This document shows positions 1 to 25,629 of a stretch of DNA of 64,000 nt, in pieces (positions within the stretch are counted from its first letter, which is position 1; every line of letters begins with the position of its first letter). Under the pieces are notes generated by a model. It had not been told where the DNA came from, made no database searches, and was given only the letters and a program-made list of their open reading frames with translations. The DNA is from Paraspadella gotoi (lineage: Eukaryota; Animalia; Chaetognatha). The stretch covers positions 12,638,700 to 12,702,699 of the forward strand of contig CM119270.1 in NCBI GenBank assembly GCA_051294375.1, written 5' to 3'. A program made the translations under genes and the position numbers.

Positions 1-1213
1 AACTTGAAAATATTTTTGTGTAAAAGGAAGAGAGAAAGATAGAATAACAGAGAGAGAGAGAGAGAGCAAAGTTTCCAACACAGGTTTTTAGAAAGGACAG
101 TTGGTCAATTGGTGAGGACAGGCTGAAGTTGAGAAAAAGACAGAGTAAGTTGTGAAAAGAAGTGAAATTGCGTGAAAAAGAGAGAAAGGAGAGAGAGAGA
201 GAAAAACAGTGCAAAATCTTATTACTTCACTAATATTCATCAGTTTAAAATTTTTTTATTGTTATACATTACACAATGTAAAGAAGGATTTTTGGCCATG
301 TTTTTCTCTCTCTCTCTTCTCTCTCTTCTTTTTCACCATTTCACTTCTTTACAACACTTACTCTGTCTTTTTCTCAACTTCGCCTGTCCTCACCAATTGA
401 CCACGTCCTTTTCTAAACTCTGTGTTGGAACTTTGCCTCTCCTCTCTCTCTCTTTATCTCTCTTTCTCTCTTCCTTTACACAAAAATATTCAAAGTTCAC
501 TAATGCTGATGAAGGCTTGAAATGAAGCGAACATGTCTGTTTTTCGAATCAAATAAAATCGTGTTCAAAACTAACTCAAACTGTCTCTAATCGTTCCAAA
601 ACAACGAAAAGAAGGATGTATATCACAATAACATTGTCAGAAAGTATTATTTTCTTATCTAAACTTTGCTCTCTCCTTAAACTCGCCCTAGGGGAGCACT
701 TTTTGTTCCCCAAGGGTTACCCCCAGGGGCAGCCTTTTTTGGCCCCAGGGGGCCCGCCCCAGTGTTGGTTTCCCCTGGTTCTATTAGGGCCCCCCTCAAT
801 GACCCATTTGCTGCTCCCCCTGGAATTAGTCTGGCCCCCTGGGGCCGCCCTAGAGCCGCCCGCGGGGCGGAGGATTTGGAGATTGACATATCTCTTTTCC
901 TGTACTATTATAAGTAAGTAACCTATTCAAATGAATTTAATAAAATAATTCGAACACATGTATTAATGAGTAATTGTAATGGTAATTGGTAATTGGTAAA
1001 TCCTTTCTCCTCCTTTCTATGTTATTCCTTCGGCCCAATTTTCTTTCGTTTTTTTTCTTTTTTTTTTTAACTAAAGGGATCGAAAACTTCACTTCTGGCA
1101 GAGAACATTTTTTCGAATCAGGTGAGGAAAAGAGAAAAAGAGTTAAAAATTTTAAAAAAGAGAAATTTAGAAAAGAAAAAGTTAGTAGGTTAAATTAGTT
1201 AGAAAGTGAAGTT

Positions 1214-1249
<36 letters not shown>

Positions 1250-1582
1250 AAAGAAAGAAAGAAAGAAAGAAGAAAGGAAGAAAGATAAGAAAAGAAAAGA
1301 AAGAAAAAAAGAAGAGAAGCGAAAACAAGAAAAGAAAAGAAAAGAAAGAAAAGAAAAGAAATAAAAAGGAAAAGAAAGAAAGAAAAGAAAAGGAAAGAAA
1401 AGAAAAAAAAAGAAAAGAAAAAAGAAAAGAAAAGAAAAGAAAAGAAAAGAAAAGAAAAGAAAAGAAAGGAAAAGAGATAGAAACATGTTCTCGGTTATGA
1501 TTGAACATTGACGACAGACTACCAATATGAAAACGAAGACGACGACGACGAAGACGACGAAAGTCACGACTAAAGACGACCC

Positions 1583-1618
<36 letters not shown>

Positions 1619-2822
1619 TGAAACTGACGACAAAATTTTGTTTTCGATGGGCAACTGATAATTTTGGTGGATTCATGTTGCGGAAATTGAAAACGAGCGA
1701 AATGGAAAAAAATGAAGCCTCGAGAAAAAAGAACCACGATAATCAATTTTGAAACAATGAAAATTAACGAAAAAACATAACGAAAATTTTTAAAAACAAA
1801 CAACTGTCAACATTGTATTTTACAAACAATCATAAAGCTTGGTAATTCGTCGAGAAGCTATAAAAAATGTTCATTTAAAGAATATTTACTTAACTTCCGG
1901 GTTTCGAGTATTTTATAAACTTGACATGTAATCGTGCTCACATTCTCTCCAAACTAAACTTTCACTTTTCCCACAACCAATTACGGTCGCCCTAAGCCAA
2001 AAACGCTCACAACGTCGGTCCGTGTTTACATCTCCGTCCGTACGTCCTTACGCGGCTTCTCGCTTTCTCCTTCTGAACCATAAAACACGAAAAGTGCGGT
2101 TTTCGCCGCCGATAAACTTGGTTTCCGCTCGTTAACCACTTTTCGCCTCAAATGGCGAAAAGAGAATCGAAAAAAAAAGCAGAGAAAAACACGAGAACCA
2201 AGAGAATTTCTCACTTCTTTTTTTTTTAATTTGAAGAAAAGTTAGGAATTCGAGAAAACCTTTTTTTTTTTTGTTTCTTTGGCCTCTCCTCATTTCTCAT
2301 TCCTCATTCCTCAGTCTCCGGTTTTCACTTCTAATACCTTCTTTAACCTCAGTGACTTCTTTTCGTTTTTAATACCTTCGTTCACCTTCGCCTAACTTAC
2401 GGTTATTAATACCTTCCTTTCCAGTTTTTCCACTTTTCCACTTTTCCACTTTTCCCACTTTTCCACTTTTCCACCTTCTCCCTTTTCGTTGTTTCTAATT
2501 CGTTGCGCATGACTTTTGTTTTGCTTCCACTTTTGGTCTCTCTCTTCGCATTCCGTTCCAGTTAATTCCGAGTTCTCTTTAATTTTCGTTTTCCAACTTC
2601 ACTTTTGACTCGATCGTTGTCACACCACCTAATCTACTAATTTATTCTATTCTGATTTATTCTATTCTATTCTATTATATCATCCCGCTCTAGTCAATTA
2701 TATTTAAATATTTCAATATTCTATTCTTTTAAACTTCCCATCTTCCCATTTCCTACATTTCTTTCTTCTCCTCACCCTTCCCTTCCGTTTCCCCATCCTC
2801 CTCCCCTCCTCACTTCCTCTCC
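1..2822. repeat. Direct duplicate of 5017-~7870 (offset ~5016 bp), probably an assembly overlap artefact
   Basis: Identical ORFs at +5016 offset (172..525 = 5188..5541, etc.). The first ~1.45 kb look identical and the rest differs mostly by single-base indels. The block ends at a 25-N gap (2823-2847). Confidence 0.85.
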
Positions 2823-2918
2823 NNNNNNNNNNNNNNNNNNNNNNNNNTTTGAATAAATTTTCTCTCTCTCTCCTCTCCTCTCCTCCTCCTCTCTCTCTCT
2901 CTGTCTCTCTCCCCTTAG

Positions 2919-14422
<11,504 letters not shown>

Positions 14423-15084
14423 CAATGACAAATGACAATGACAATGACAATGACAATGACAAATTCCGGCGTCCGACGGAAACTCTTATGACAACGACAA
14501 AAAGAACAATATGAAAAAGGACAATAACGATCGCATCGACCGCTCCCTTTAGACTGCATTCAGGCAGGCAGCGTTCAACACGTATTGAAATGTTGTTAAC
14601 TATTAGTTTTCCATTTGTAAAATTGAAACTTTAAATGAATTTCGTTAACCCGTACAACTATGTTAGTAATTTTTTATTCAAAAGTTATTCCAAAAGAATA
14701 AAAATGCGTTAACTTTAATTTGAAAACTCGATTTCGTCAAAGTTTATGTATCCAATACTCAGTTAATTCCGAGTTTTAACTGAGGCCATTGAAAAAGACT
14801 TCCATCGATATAGTTAAAGCAGTACATTCAACAGGACATATAGATAAAGAGACTAATTATATTTTACTAAGTAAGAAGTTTGAAATAATAGGTTAACAAA
14901 ACAGAGAAAAGGAAAATTAACAATATGCTAACAAAATATTTAGAATATACATAGAACAGTGAATTAAAATAATATTCAACAGTTTGCAGTGACGTTGAAG
15001 ATGCAGCATCAGGTTGGAATCGTCTTCGGCGCCGACCAGACGACGTCATTGATGTGACAATTGGTTTGTGAGAGATCGAGACAA

Positions 15085-15169
15085 TTAACCAATCAACGAT
15101 CGAGGAATGAGGATCGTATCGATTAATGTGAAAAAAGTCATGAACGTTGAGAGGCAGAGCAGAGAGAGA

Positions 15170-15207
<38 letters not shown>

Positions 15208-15395
15208 GCAGAGTCCCTCTCGGATCGTAGAACCGGGACCCAATCCCCTTCAACGAAGCGAATCTCTTCTCCCTCCGATTATAAACTCTTCGGGATTTTT
15301 ACGCTAATTTCATCTCCTTTGAGCGATGGACCAATCACCGGCCGAGTTAGAACACCGACCTATCACAAAACTCGATCCGACATCGACCAATCAGT
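15085..15395 (+). promoter_or_regulatory. Possible promoter with clustered CCAAT (NF-Y-type) boxes
   Basis: AACCAATCA (~15087), GACCAATCA (~15329) and GACCAATCAG (~15384) in a CpG-rich stretch downstream of the PH gene. Motif match only. Confidence 0.3.
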
Positions 15396-15451
15396 CGACG
15401 AGATTCTTTCACCGGTCGGTTTTTGCCGGTGAAAATTTTCTCTCCTCTCTA

Positions 15452-15536
<85 letters not shown>

Positions 15537-16192
15537 TCTTTCTTTATTTTCTTCTTATCTCTCCCAGACGAAAAAACCCCTTTACTCTCCACAGGATTTA
15601 TCTTTACTTTTCTAAAAACCGAAAATATTTCCGTTAATTTTTTTTTCCAAACGCGTTCCTCTTCTCTCTTTATAAAAATCTTTAAAACGAAAATAAAGAG
15701 AATTTGAATTAAATTAAAATTAAATAAAAAAAAGTCAAGGGAACATTTNNNNNNNNNNNNNNNNNNNNNNNNNTCGGATCGATTTTTTCCAGAACTTTTT
15801 CTTGAAAGGCAAACACCACAACACACCAGAACCGATGAGAGAGAGAGAGAGAGAGAGAGAGCAGAGAAGAGAGAGAGAGGAGAGAGAGAGATATTGAGAG
15901 AGACGAGAGAGAGAGAGAGAGAAGAGAGAAAGAAATTTGCATTAGTGCCTTCTTTATTGGCCGAAAAATATTACCGTTTACGATGACAATCTCTTTTTTT
16001 TTTTTAAATCGGGCCTCCTTTCGATTCGCAAGAAAAAAAAGTTTTACAATGGAGACCCCATTATTGCGCCGTTGTTGTTTATCCGCTCGAACAAAATCAA
16101 TATCGAAGGGAGAGAGAGAGAGAGATGAGAGAGAGAGACAGAGAGAGAGAGACGAGAGCGACACCCAGATGAGAGAGAGACGAGTGAGAGAG

Positions 16193-16229
<37 letters not shown>

Positions 16230-16257
16230 AAGAGAGAGAGAGAAGACGAGAGAGAGA

Positions 16258-16308
<51 letters not shown>

Positions 16309-16533
16309 AAACTTCCGCCGTGCATATGAAGCGTAACATCCTCTTTCCTCCTGTGTATTGTAATCTTCATTCATCGTCTGGATCTCTCCCTCTCTCTCTC
16401 TTTCTCCTCTCTCTCTCTCTCTCTCCTCTGCACAACAATAATCTTTCCCTTCCCAGTAGGTTTTTTTTATCTCGAAATAAAAGACGACGATATCCTTCGC
16501 TTTACATAGTATGACGACGACCGAACGACGAGA

Positions 16534-16570
<37 letters not shown>

Positions 16571-16719
16571 ACGACACGACGACGAACACGACGCACGAAC
16601 GAACGAGTCGGATATCAGATCGGCGACGACGTCGGTATTTCTCTTTCCTTATGTCCATCGCCCTCAAATTCGCCTCCAAATTTTTTTCACTTCATAACAT
16701 TTTCGTAGGATTTTTTTCC

Positions 16720-16776
<57 letters not shown>

Positions 16777-16954
16777 CTCTCTCTCTCTCTCCTCTTTCTC
16801 ACTCTTCCCCTTTTCTACTCGACTTCTGGAAAAAAAGCATCCCCCCGGTGAATATTACGAAAAAAGCAAAAATGCATCCGGAGTGAAAGATTTTTTCTCT
16901 GCTCTCTCTCTCTCATCTCTCTCCTCTCATCTCTCTCTTTCTATTTCCTTTTCC

Positions 16955-16993
<39 letters not shown>

Positions 16994-19900
16994 CTCTCTC
17001 TCTTCTTCCTCTCCAAGAGAAATGAGAAAAAAAAAATAAGTTTTCCTCATCTATAGATATTTTTCGCCGCATTCATCAATTGTAAATCGTTCGTTCGCTC
17101 ATATTTATTCATTCAGTCCCTCTTTCATTCATTTATTCAATCTAATCATTCAAGATAATGACTTCTTTCTGTTTATTCTTGAATTATCTATCATCTTCTA
17201 TTGTATTTTCTCTTTTCTTTTTTTTTAAAATCACTTTCATCGTTTCATAATTGATAATTACTGATTTCTACATTAATTGGTTTCTACGACTTTATTGCGT
17301 TTTAATTTGGTTCTTTCTTTTCTTTTGTCCTTTTCATGTTTTTAATTTAAACCATTTATTCATGGCTATATTCTTCATTAGGTTAACGCTTTGATAACTC
17401 TTCCTTTGGACGTTTATTCGTTCATTTTTTGTTTGTTTCGATCTGATTAAATATTTGAAATTCCAAACTTTTTCATACTTCTTTCCTATTTTAGAATTTC
17501 ATTCCTCAAATCGTTTATTCATTATTATTTATCACTTGACTCTCAAGTTCGTTTAAAACAAACTTAATATTGTATGTTTCAAGAAAAACACCGCGTCGCT
17601 TCTTCGTGTAAATATTTTCCGCATCGATGATAGAAACCTCCTCGATCTGTACATGTGAACATTGAACAACCTCTACGCTTTTACATGTTTAACATTGAAC
17701 AATCTCTATTGCTTTACATGTTGAACATGAACAACGCTCTATCGCTTTTGCCGGTTCCTATTTTTATCTCTTTATGAAATCTATAGTTAAATTGTTTTTA
17801 AATTGCATTGGCCAACTTTCGACAGGAATTATTTCGTTTTCTTTTTCACAGTCGTTTGGGAATTCTGGGGAAAACAAAGCAGATCGAAAAAAGCCTACGT
17901 TATACATTCAACTTCAAAAACAAAAAGGAAACGGATAATCGAGCGATTAGAAAACAGTGAATTAGGATAAAATAAAAAAAAAGTCGAAAAAATATAACGA
18001 GGATTAAAAAAAGGTGAAATAAAAATAAAATCGTTTCGAAGGATAGAAAAGTTGACGATTTAAACAAAAAAAAACTTCTTTTTTTAAAAAATATACTCCA
18101 AAATCACCCACCAAAAAATCAAGGCGATGGCGGCGCCGCGATCGGGTTCCAAAGATGGCGCCCACGTCGCTGGAAGTAGCGCCGCTAGTAGGACCGAAGT
18201 TTCAGCGACGGACGAAAAGGCGCCGTTTGGAATCGTTTTTGGGTTTCACTCGTCTTCGTCGTCGTCGTCGTCGTCGTCGCTTTTCAGAAGTCGCAATCGC
18301 CAACGGCAGTAAGTTAAATGCGGAACGTTTTTTGTTTGTTTACGATTGTTTTGTTTTGTTGTCTACAATTGTTTTTTTTTTTTTTTTACAATTTCGCCGT
18401 TATCAATGTATGAGTGAGAACTACTTATGGGAGGAAATCTGTAACTAACTATATCTGAACTTAGTGATTAGTGATAAGTTTGACTAAAAATAACATTTAT
18501 CGAATCTCCAAAATGCTCGCGTATTTTTGGGCCCAATTTTTTTTTCCTTCTTAAAATTTCACACCGCCTTTCGTGCTGGGCTTAACGGACAGACCGCTAC
18601 GCTCGACCGAACCGCCCACTATCGAGTTCTAAGCGCCAACAAAACAAAAGAAAAAAAAATGGGTGAGTAAACAAAAAAATCCTGACCTCAGTTTGTTAAA
18701 CATCTTTGTTTACATCGAAGGGTCTCGAGATACCGACGATCGATTTCGATCTTTTTCGTTTTTTTCGATTTTTAACGACGGACCGGGGGCAACGTCCGCC
18801 GTTGCATTCGCACTGAGAGAGAGAGAGAGGAGCGAGTAGAGAGAGAGAGAAAGACAGACAAAGAGAGAGAGAGAAAGAAAGAAGAGAGAGAATCGTTTTT
18901 AGGGTTAAAAATTGAGGGAAAGATGCTGGAATTTTATGGTGGATAATTTGATTTGTATGGCTCGGAGGGAGCGGGTTGACGGGTGATGCGGTGTGTGGAG
19001 CGGTACGTGAGCGGACTCAGCTGAGGCGGGTGAAGCGGCGTTTGACGGGGTTGAGCGGGGTTGAGGCGGTTCTAGTAATATAAGTTGGAGTTACGTACGT
19101 GAGCGGTGCTGTTGAGCGGTCATGGAGCGGTGTGAAGCGGTGTGAGCGGATGTTTGAAGATAGGGTTGAAGCGGGGACGGGTGACGCCGTTGAGCGGTGA
19201 GCGGTGAGTGGCTGAGCGGATTGAGCGGCAAGGAGCGGTGAGCGTAAATTAACTTGTGAGGTGGTGTGCAGCGGGACGGGTGAGCGAGAGCGGAGTGAGG
19301 GGTGTAGTCTGGGGGAGAGGGTGACGGAGGAGCGGTCACCTGATTGAGAGCGGGTGGAGGTGGGTGAGAGTGTAGTGATCGGAGTGAAGCGGTTGAGCAG
19401 GTCATGTTGTGAGCGGTGGAGTGTGGATGAGCGGGGGTGAGTGGGTGAGCGGGAGCGGTGAGTCGGGGAGTGGGTGAGCGGTGGGACCGTGGTTGAGCGG
19501 CCGTGAGCGGGTTGAGTCGAAGTGAGTCGGGCGGTGAAGCGGGGAGCGGCGTGGAGCGTAGTGAGCGGGTAGTGAGCGGTAACCTTTTGTCGTGAGTGGG
19601 TGAGCGGTCACTGCTGCCGTAGCGTGATAATTATGAGCGGTAGCGAGATGAGGGGGGAGCGGTGTGTGTCTCTGGAGGCGGTATGAGCGGTGGAGCGGCG
19701 TGAGTGGGTGAGCGGGGTGAGTGGGGAGGCGGGGGAGCGGAGTAGTGGGAGGTGAGTGGTGTGAAGTGGTGCTGAAGCGGTTCGGAGCGGGTGAGCGACC
19801 TAACGTGAGGCGGGAGTCTGCTCTTTTCCCTCCAAAGTGAGCGCGTGAGCGGGTGAGGGGTAGAGCGGGTGTAGAGTGAGCGGCGTGAGGCGCGTGAGCG

Positions 19901-21939
19901 GATGAGCGAGTAGCGGCATGACGGGGGGAGCGGGTGAGCGGGTGAGCGGAGTGAGCGGATGAGCGGGAGCGGGTGAGCGGAACGGGTGAGCGGGTGACGG
20001 AAGAGCGGCGAGGAGGGAGGGCGCGCGGTGAGTGATATTGGAAGCGGCGCAGAGTGAGCGGGTAGCGGAGGTGAAGCGGTGTTGAGCGGGTGGTGGTAAG
20101 CGGGAGCGCGCTCCATACGAGCGGGTAGCGGCGTGAAGGCGGTGATGCAGCGGAGTGAGTGAGTGAGCGGGTGAGTGGGTGGGAGCGCGTGAGCGTTGTG
20201 ATGGGTGACGGAGAAGCGGGTGAGCGGCAAATTATGCACGGGGGAGTGGTGAGCGGCGTGAGTGGGTGGAGCGGCGTGAGCGCGGAGGGTGAGTGGGTGA
20301 GCGGTACGAGCACATAAGGAGCGGAGCGAGCGGAATCTTTGGCCAAGAATGAGCGCGATGCGACGAGGAGTGTATAAGAGCAGAGTAGCGAGATGGATGT
20401 AATATTGAGCGCTGACGAGAAGCGTATGAGTGCTGAGCACTAGCGGCTACGTACGATCCACCTTAAGCGTGACGTTGTTGACGGCGATGTAGCGTGAGCG
20501 CAGACGTAAGCCTAAGTCTGACAAAGACCGGACCAATATGACCAGCATGACGAGAGACAGTTAACATATTGTACATCATGTTTAACCTCTGTGATTAACA
20601 AAAGGCAAGTGGCTTGTACCCTGTTTGGCAAACGTGTATCACGATTTTGGGATGTCCGTTCTCCAGTCGTAAATAAACTTTTTTAGAAAAGTCCAGTATT
20701 TGTGTACTGTGGCGGTTATTTAAAGAAAGACCGAAAGTTTGCCCTGCTGCGACAGTACCCGATTATTTAGCATGTGAGATTAATATGTTTTCAGTTGGAA
20801 ATTTATTTGAGAAAGACTTTTGACAAATTTCTCATTGATGCATATTTTCTCTTAGACATGCGAGTTTATATGAGTTTGTATTAAGTAGATATGCGAAACC
20901 ATTTTAGGCAAAATTTCACATATCGATGGCTCATCTATGTCTTGAAAAACTGAAGTTGTAGAATGAATCTTAATTTAAACGAGTTTTGTTGACAAATTCC
21001 ACAATGCGTACGGTTTTTCTTTGGATATGAATTACACGATGCATGTTTAAACGCGTTTTTAGAAGTATGGAGGTGGAATGGTGAGGGTCGATTCTCACAT
21101 ATGTTGTGGCACTACTGTGTGGGGGTGGAGGTCCGCGCGTCTTAAAGTTTTTGGAAGTCGGGTGGAGCGGGCTTAAAATCAATCGTGAGATGATACGTTA
21201 TTAAACTTTCTTTATTTTTAAGAGACTCTGCAAATTTCGCATGGTGGAGCGTGTGTGATTGTGGAGGTCGGTCTCTCCTAGTTGGAAGCGGGGAGTGGGG
21301 GGTAGTGCGGGAGGGTAGTGAGTGTGCGGCCATTCTCATGCACCGTTTTAGGACGGGGAGGCGGGTTTGCTATTATAAGCGACCTAAGACGAAAAGTGAC
21401 AGTGAGCGGCGGATGGCGTGCCTCTCGTGATACCAGACGCAGGGATGAGCGATCGTCAGCACGGGAATACATTTATAGCGGTTTTTCATTGTAAGCGCTT
21501 ATGAGTTCTTTGATATGCTGTTGTCAGATTTGAAATTAATCGGCAAAAGCTGTTTGACAAAATGCGCCATATATGTGGTTTTTTTTCGTATGTAGATTAA
21601 GCTGTATGGTTTTTTTTCAAAAATCTGGGCCTCCTTTCGATTCGCGAAGAAAAAGTACAATGGAGACCGATTATTGCGCCGTTTGTTGTTTATCCGCAAG
21701 CAAAGAGAGAAGAGAGAGAGAGAAGGAAGAGAGGAGAGGAGAGAGAAGAGAGAGAAGAGAGAAGAGAGAGAGAGGAAAAGATAGAGACGAGAGGAGATGA
21801 GAGAGAGAGAGCGAGAAAAATCTTTCACCCGGATGCATTTTTGCTTTTTTTCGTAATAACTCACCGAAGGGATGCTTTTTCTTCGAGAAGTCGAGTAGAA
21901 AGAGGGGAGAGTGAGAAAGAGGAGAGAGAGAGAGAGGAG

Positions 21940-21995
<56 letters not shown>

Positions 21996-23780
21996 GAAGG
22001 AAAAAAAATCCTAACGAAAAATTTAATGAAAGTGAAAAAAAATTGTGGAGGCGAATTTGAGGCGATGGACATAAGGAAAGAGAAAACCCGACGTCGTCGC
22101 CGATCTGATATCCGACTCGTTCGTTCGTCGTCGTGTTCAGTCGTCGTGTCGTTGTCGCGTGTGCGTCGTCGTCGTCGTCGTCGTCTCGTCGTTCGTGTCA
22201 GCTACTATGTAATACGGAAGGATTCGTTCGTCTTTTATTTCGAGATAAACAAAAACCGTACTGAAGGAAGAAGGAGAAAGATATAGAAAGAGAGGTGTGC
22301 GGGGAAGAGGAGAGAGAGAGAAGAGAGAGAGAGAAGAGAGAAGAGAAGAGGAGAAGAGATCCAGACGATGAATGACCAGATTACAATACACAGGAGGAAG
22401 AGATGTTACGCTTCATATGCACGAGGCGGAAGTTTTCTTCTCTCTCTCTCTCTCTCTCATCTCTCATCTCTCTCTCTTCTCGCACTCTTCCTACTCGTCC
22501 ATCCAAAATCCACCACTACGCCTTCTCCTCCTCCATCCTCCTGTCTCTTCGCTCCACTCTCCATCTCTTTATCCTCTCCGTATCTCATTCATATTGATTT
22601 TGCGTCGCGGATAAACAACGATAAACGACGGGCAATAAATCGGGTTCATCATTGTAACTAATTTTGTTCTTCCGTAGTTCCTTACGGGCGATAGTGAAGA
22701 GGAAGGCCGACCAAGATTTGCATTTGAATAAAACACAAACAGAGATTGTCCAAATTCCGGTTCCCGGATATATTCTTCGGACACACTGAACTATACGGCC
22801 CACTATGCAGATTTCTTCTGTTACGATGTTTCTCCTCCGTTCTCTCGTCTCCTTACTCGGGAGGTCTTTGGCGGTTCTTTCTCTCGTGTCTCTCATACCA
22901 CAAGAGAGAACCTCGCTTGTACGCCGTCTTCTCTCTCTCTCCTTCTCCCTAGCTGGACCCACTCTCTCTCCTTCCGATCGATCTCTCCTCGTCTTCAATC
23001 TGGCCCGTCTATGGATTAGTTTCGGCTCTCTGCTCTCGAAGAGTTTCTGTGTGGTGTAAGTCGTGTGTTTGCACCTCTTTCAACGGGAAAGCTCCGAAGT
23101 TAATCCCGGAAATGAATAAGGTTCGGTGCATTTCCTTGACTTTCATTTTGTTTGTATTAGGAGTTGTGCTTACAGTTTGTATATCTGGTAGGTGTTAGCT
23201 ATTTTAAAAATCTCAAATTCTCTATTTTATTTCCGTTTTAAAGATTCTTTTTATTAAAGAGAGAGCGAGGAGGAACGCGTTTGGAAAAAAAACTTAACAA
23301 TGGAAATATTATTCCGTGTTTTAAGAAAAAAAGTAAAGAAGTAGATCTGAGATCGGCTGTGTAGCTGATGAGGGAGAGAGGCGTAGAGTGAGAGAGTGGT
23401 TTTTTTGTCCTCGTCTGGGGTGAGATAAGGATGATAGAAAAGTAGTGATATGAGAAGAGAAGACAGAGAGATAGATGAGAAGAAGATGGAGAGAGAGAGA
23501 GAGAGGAGGAGAGAGACGGAAGAGAGAGAGAGAGATTGAGAGCGACAGAGAGAGAGACTGGTCGCAGACAGCGAGGAGAGAAAAATTTTGTCAAAACTCG
23601 GCAAAAACCGACCGGGTGAGCTATATCAGAATCTTCGATCGTCGCACACTGATTGGGTCGAATTGTCGGATAGTGGCCGAGATCCCATGTATTGTTGGGA
23701 CTTTAGGGGCCTCTGCGTGTGAGCTCCCGGCCATGGGAATAACCATAGCAGCGGCGGGTCGCGGACTATACTCCGGCCCT
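15330..23780. repeat. Fold-back/duplicated block: ~21820-23700 is a noisy reverse complement of ~15330-16900; 17030-18800 is repeated directly at 23810-25620
   Basis: AATATTACGAAAAAAGCAAAAATGCATCCGG (16851) appears reverse-complemented at ~21830. TCCTTTCGATTCGC..TTATTGCGCCG occurs at 16016 and 21632. Copies differ mostly by indels and are bounded by 25-N gaps at 15749 and 23782. Confidence 0.75.
18960..20460 (+). repeat. Degenerate G-rich tandem repeat, ~8-bp unit GTGAGCGG
   Basis: Very many variants of GTGAGCGG/GGTGAGCG over ~1.5 kb, strongly strand-asymmetric. Confidence 0.75.
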
Positions 23781-24452
23781 CNNNNNNNNNNNNNNNNNNN
23801 NNNNNNTCTTTCTTTCTCTCCAAAAATGAAAAAAAAATTCTTTTTTTTTCTCATCTTGATATTTTTCGCGCTCGATCAATGTAATCGTTCGTTCGCTCAT
23901 TTATTTATTCATTCAGTCCCTCTTTCATTCATTTATTCATTCAATCATTCATAAGTTCTTTCGTTTATTCTTTAATTTATTCTATCATTCTTTCTTTTGT
24001 ATTTTCTCTTTTCTTTTTTTTTACCTTTTCTATCGTTTAATATTGTAGTTACTGATTTCTACATTAATTGTTTCTGCGTTTATTGCGTTTGATTTGGTTT
24101 TCTTTTTTTTCTCTTGGTCCTTTTCATGTTTTTTAATTAACTGAGAGGCGTTTTTCATGGCTTTCTTATGTTAGTTTGTTTGTATAACTCATTTTGGACG
24201 TTTATTCGTTCATTTTTTGTTTGTTTCGTTTATCCTTTCGTTTGTTCGATCTGATAAATATTTGAAATTCCAACTTTTTCATACTTTTTTCTATTTTAGA
24301 ATTCATTCCTCAAATCGTTTATTCATTATTATTTATCACTTGACTCTCAAGTTCGTTTAAAACTAAACTTAATATGTGATGTTTCAAGAAAAACACGCGT
24401 CGCTTCGTGTAAAATATTTTCCGCATCGATGATAGAAACCTCCTCGATCTGT

Positions 24453-24552
24453 TTTACATGTTGAAAATTGAACAACCTCTATCGCTTTACATGTTGAACA
24501 TTGAACAATCTCTATTGCTTTACATGTTGAACATTGAACAACCTCTATCGCT
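24453..24552 (+). repeat. Three-copy 33-bp tandem repeat TTTACATGTTGAACATTGAACAACCTCTATCGC (duplicate at ~17650-17745)
   Basis: Three adjacent near-identical units, no spacers. Confidence 0.85.
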
Positions 24553-24934
24553 TTTTGCCCGGTTCCTATTTTTATCTCTTTATGAATCTAAGTTAAATTG
24601 TTTTTAAATGCATTGGCCAACTTTCGACAGAATTATTTCGTTTTCTTTTTCACAGTCGTTTTGGGAATTCTGGGGAAAACAAATGCAGATCGAAAAAAAG
24701 CTACTTTATACCATCAACCTCGTCAAAAACAAAAGGGAAACGGATCATCGAGCGATGAGAAAACAGTGAATTAGGATAAAATAAAAAAAAGTCGGAAAAA
24801 AATATAACGGAGGATTAAAAAAAAAGTGAAAATAAAAATAAAAATCGTTTCGAAGGATAGAAAAGTGTTCGATTAAACAAAAAAAAACCTCGTTTTTTAA
24901 AAATATTACTCGAAATTACCCCCAAAAAAATCAA

Positions 24935-25629
24935 GGCGATGGGCGGCGCCGATCGGCGTCAAAAGATGGCGCCCACGTCGGCTGGAAGTAGCGCCGCTAG
25001 TAGGACCGAAGGTTTCAGCGACGGACGAAAAGGCGCCGTTTGGAATCGTTTGGGTTTCGACGTCGTCTTCGTCGTCGTCGTCGTCGTCGCTTTTCAAGTC
25101 GCAATCGCCAACGGAGTAAGTTAAATGCGAACGGTTTTTTGTTTGGTTTACGATTGTTTTGTTTTGTTTGTCTACAATTTGTGTTTTTTTTTACAATTCG
25201 CCGTTTTCAATGATGAGTGACGAAATACTTACGGGAAGAAAATAGTAACTAACTATATCTGATACTTAGTGATAGTGATAGTTTTACTAAATTACATTAT
25301 CGAATCTCACAAGAATTCTCGCGTATTTTTGCCCAATTTTTTTTTTTTTTCCTTCTTAAATTTCAACCACCTTTCGTCTGGGCTACGACAGACCGTACCG
25401 CTCGACCGAACGCCCACCATCGAGTCTAGCGCCAACAAAACAAAAGAAAAAAATGGGGTTGAGTAAACAAAAAACCTCGACCTCAGTTTTGTTTACATCT
25501 TTGTTTACATCGAAGGTCTCGAGATCCGACNNNNNNNNNNNNNNNNNNNNNNNNNGACGATCATTCTCATCTTCGTTTTTCGGATTTTTTGAACGACGGA
25601 CGGCAACGCCGCGTCTGCATTTCGCCTGA
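24935..25629 (+). CDS. Small spliced ORF of unknown function (exons ~24935-25115, ~25392-25457, 25517-25629); second copy ~18124-18815
   Basis: CpG-rich segments with donors GTAAGT (25116) and GTGAGT (seen in the 18663 copy) and phase-compatible acceptors. The consensus of both copies reads approximately MAAPIGVKDGAHVAGSSAASRTEVSATDEKAPFGIVWVSTSSSS..SQSPTE|PYRSTERPPSSLAPTKQKKKM|GLEIRRSFSSSFFGFFERRTATPRLHFA*. No recognisable domain. Confidence 0.4.

Noticed and set aside
24453-24552. 33-bp repeats as a CRISPR array
   Set aside because: Units are adjacent with no unique spacers, there are no cas genes, and the context is eukaryotic.
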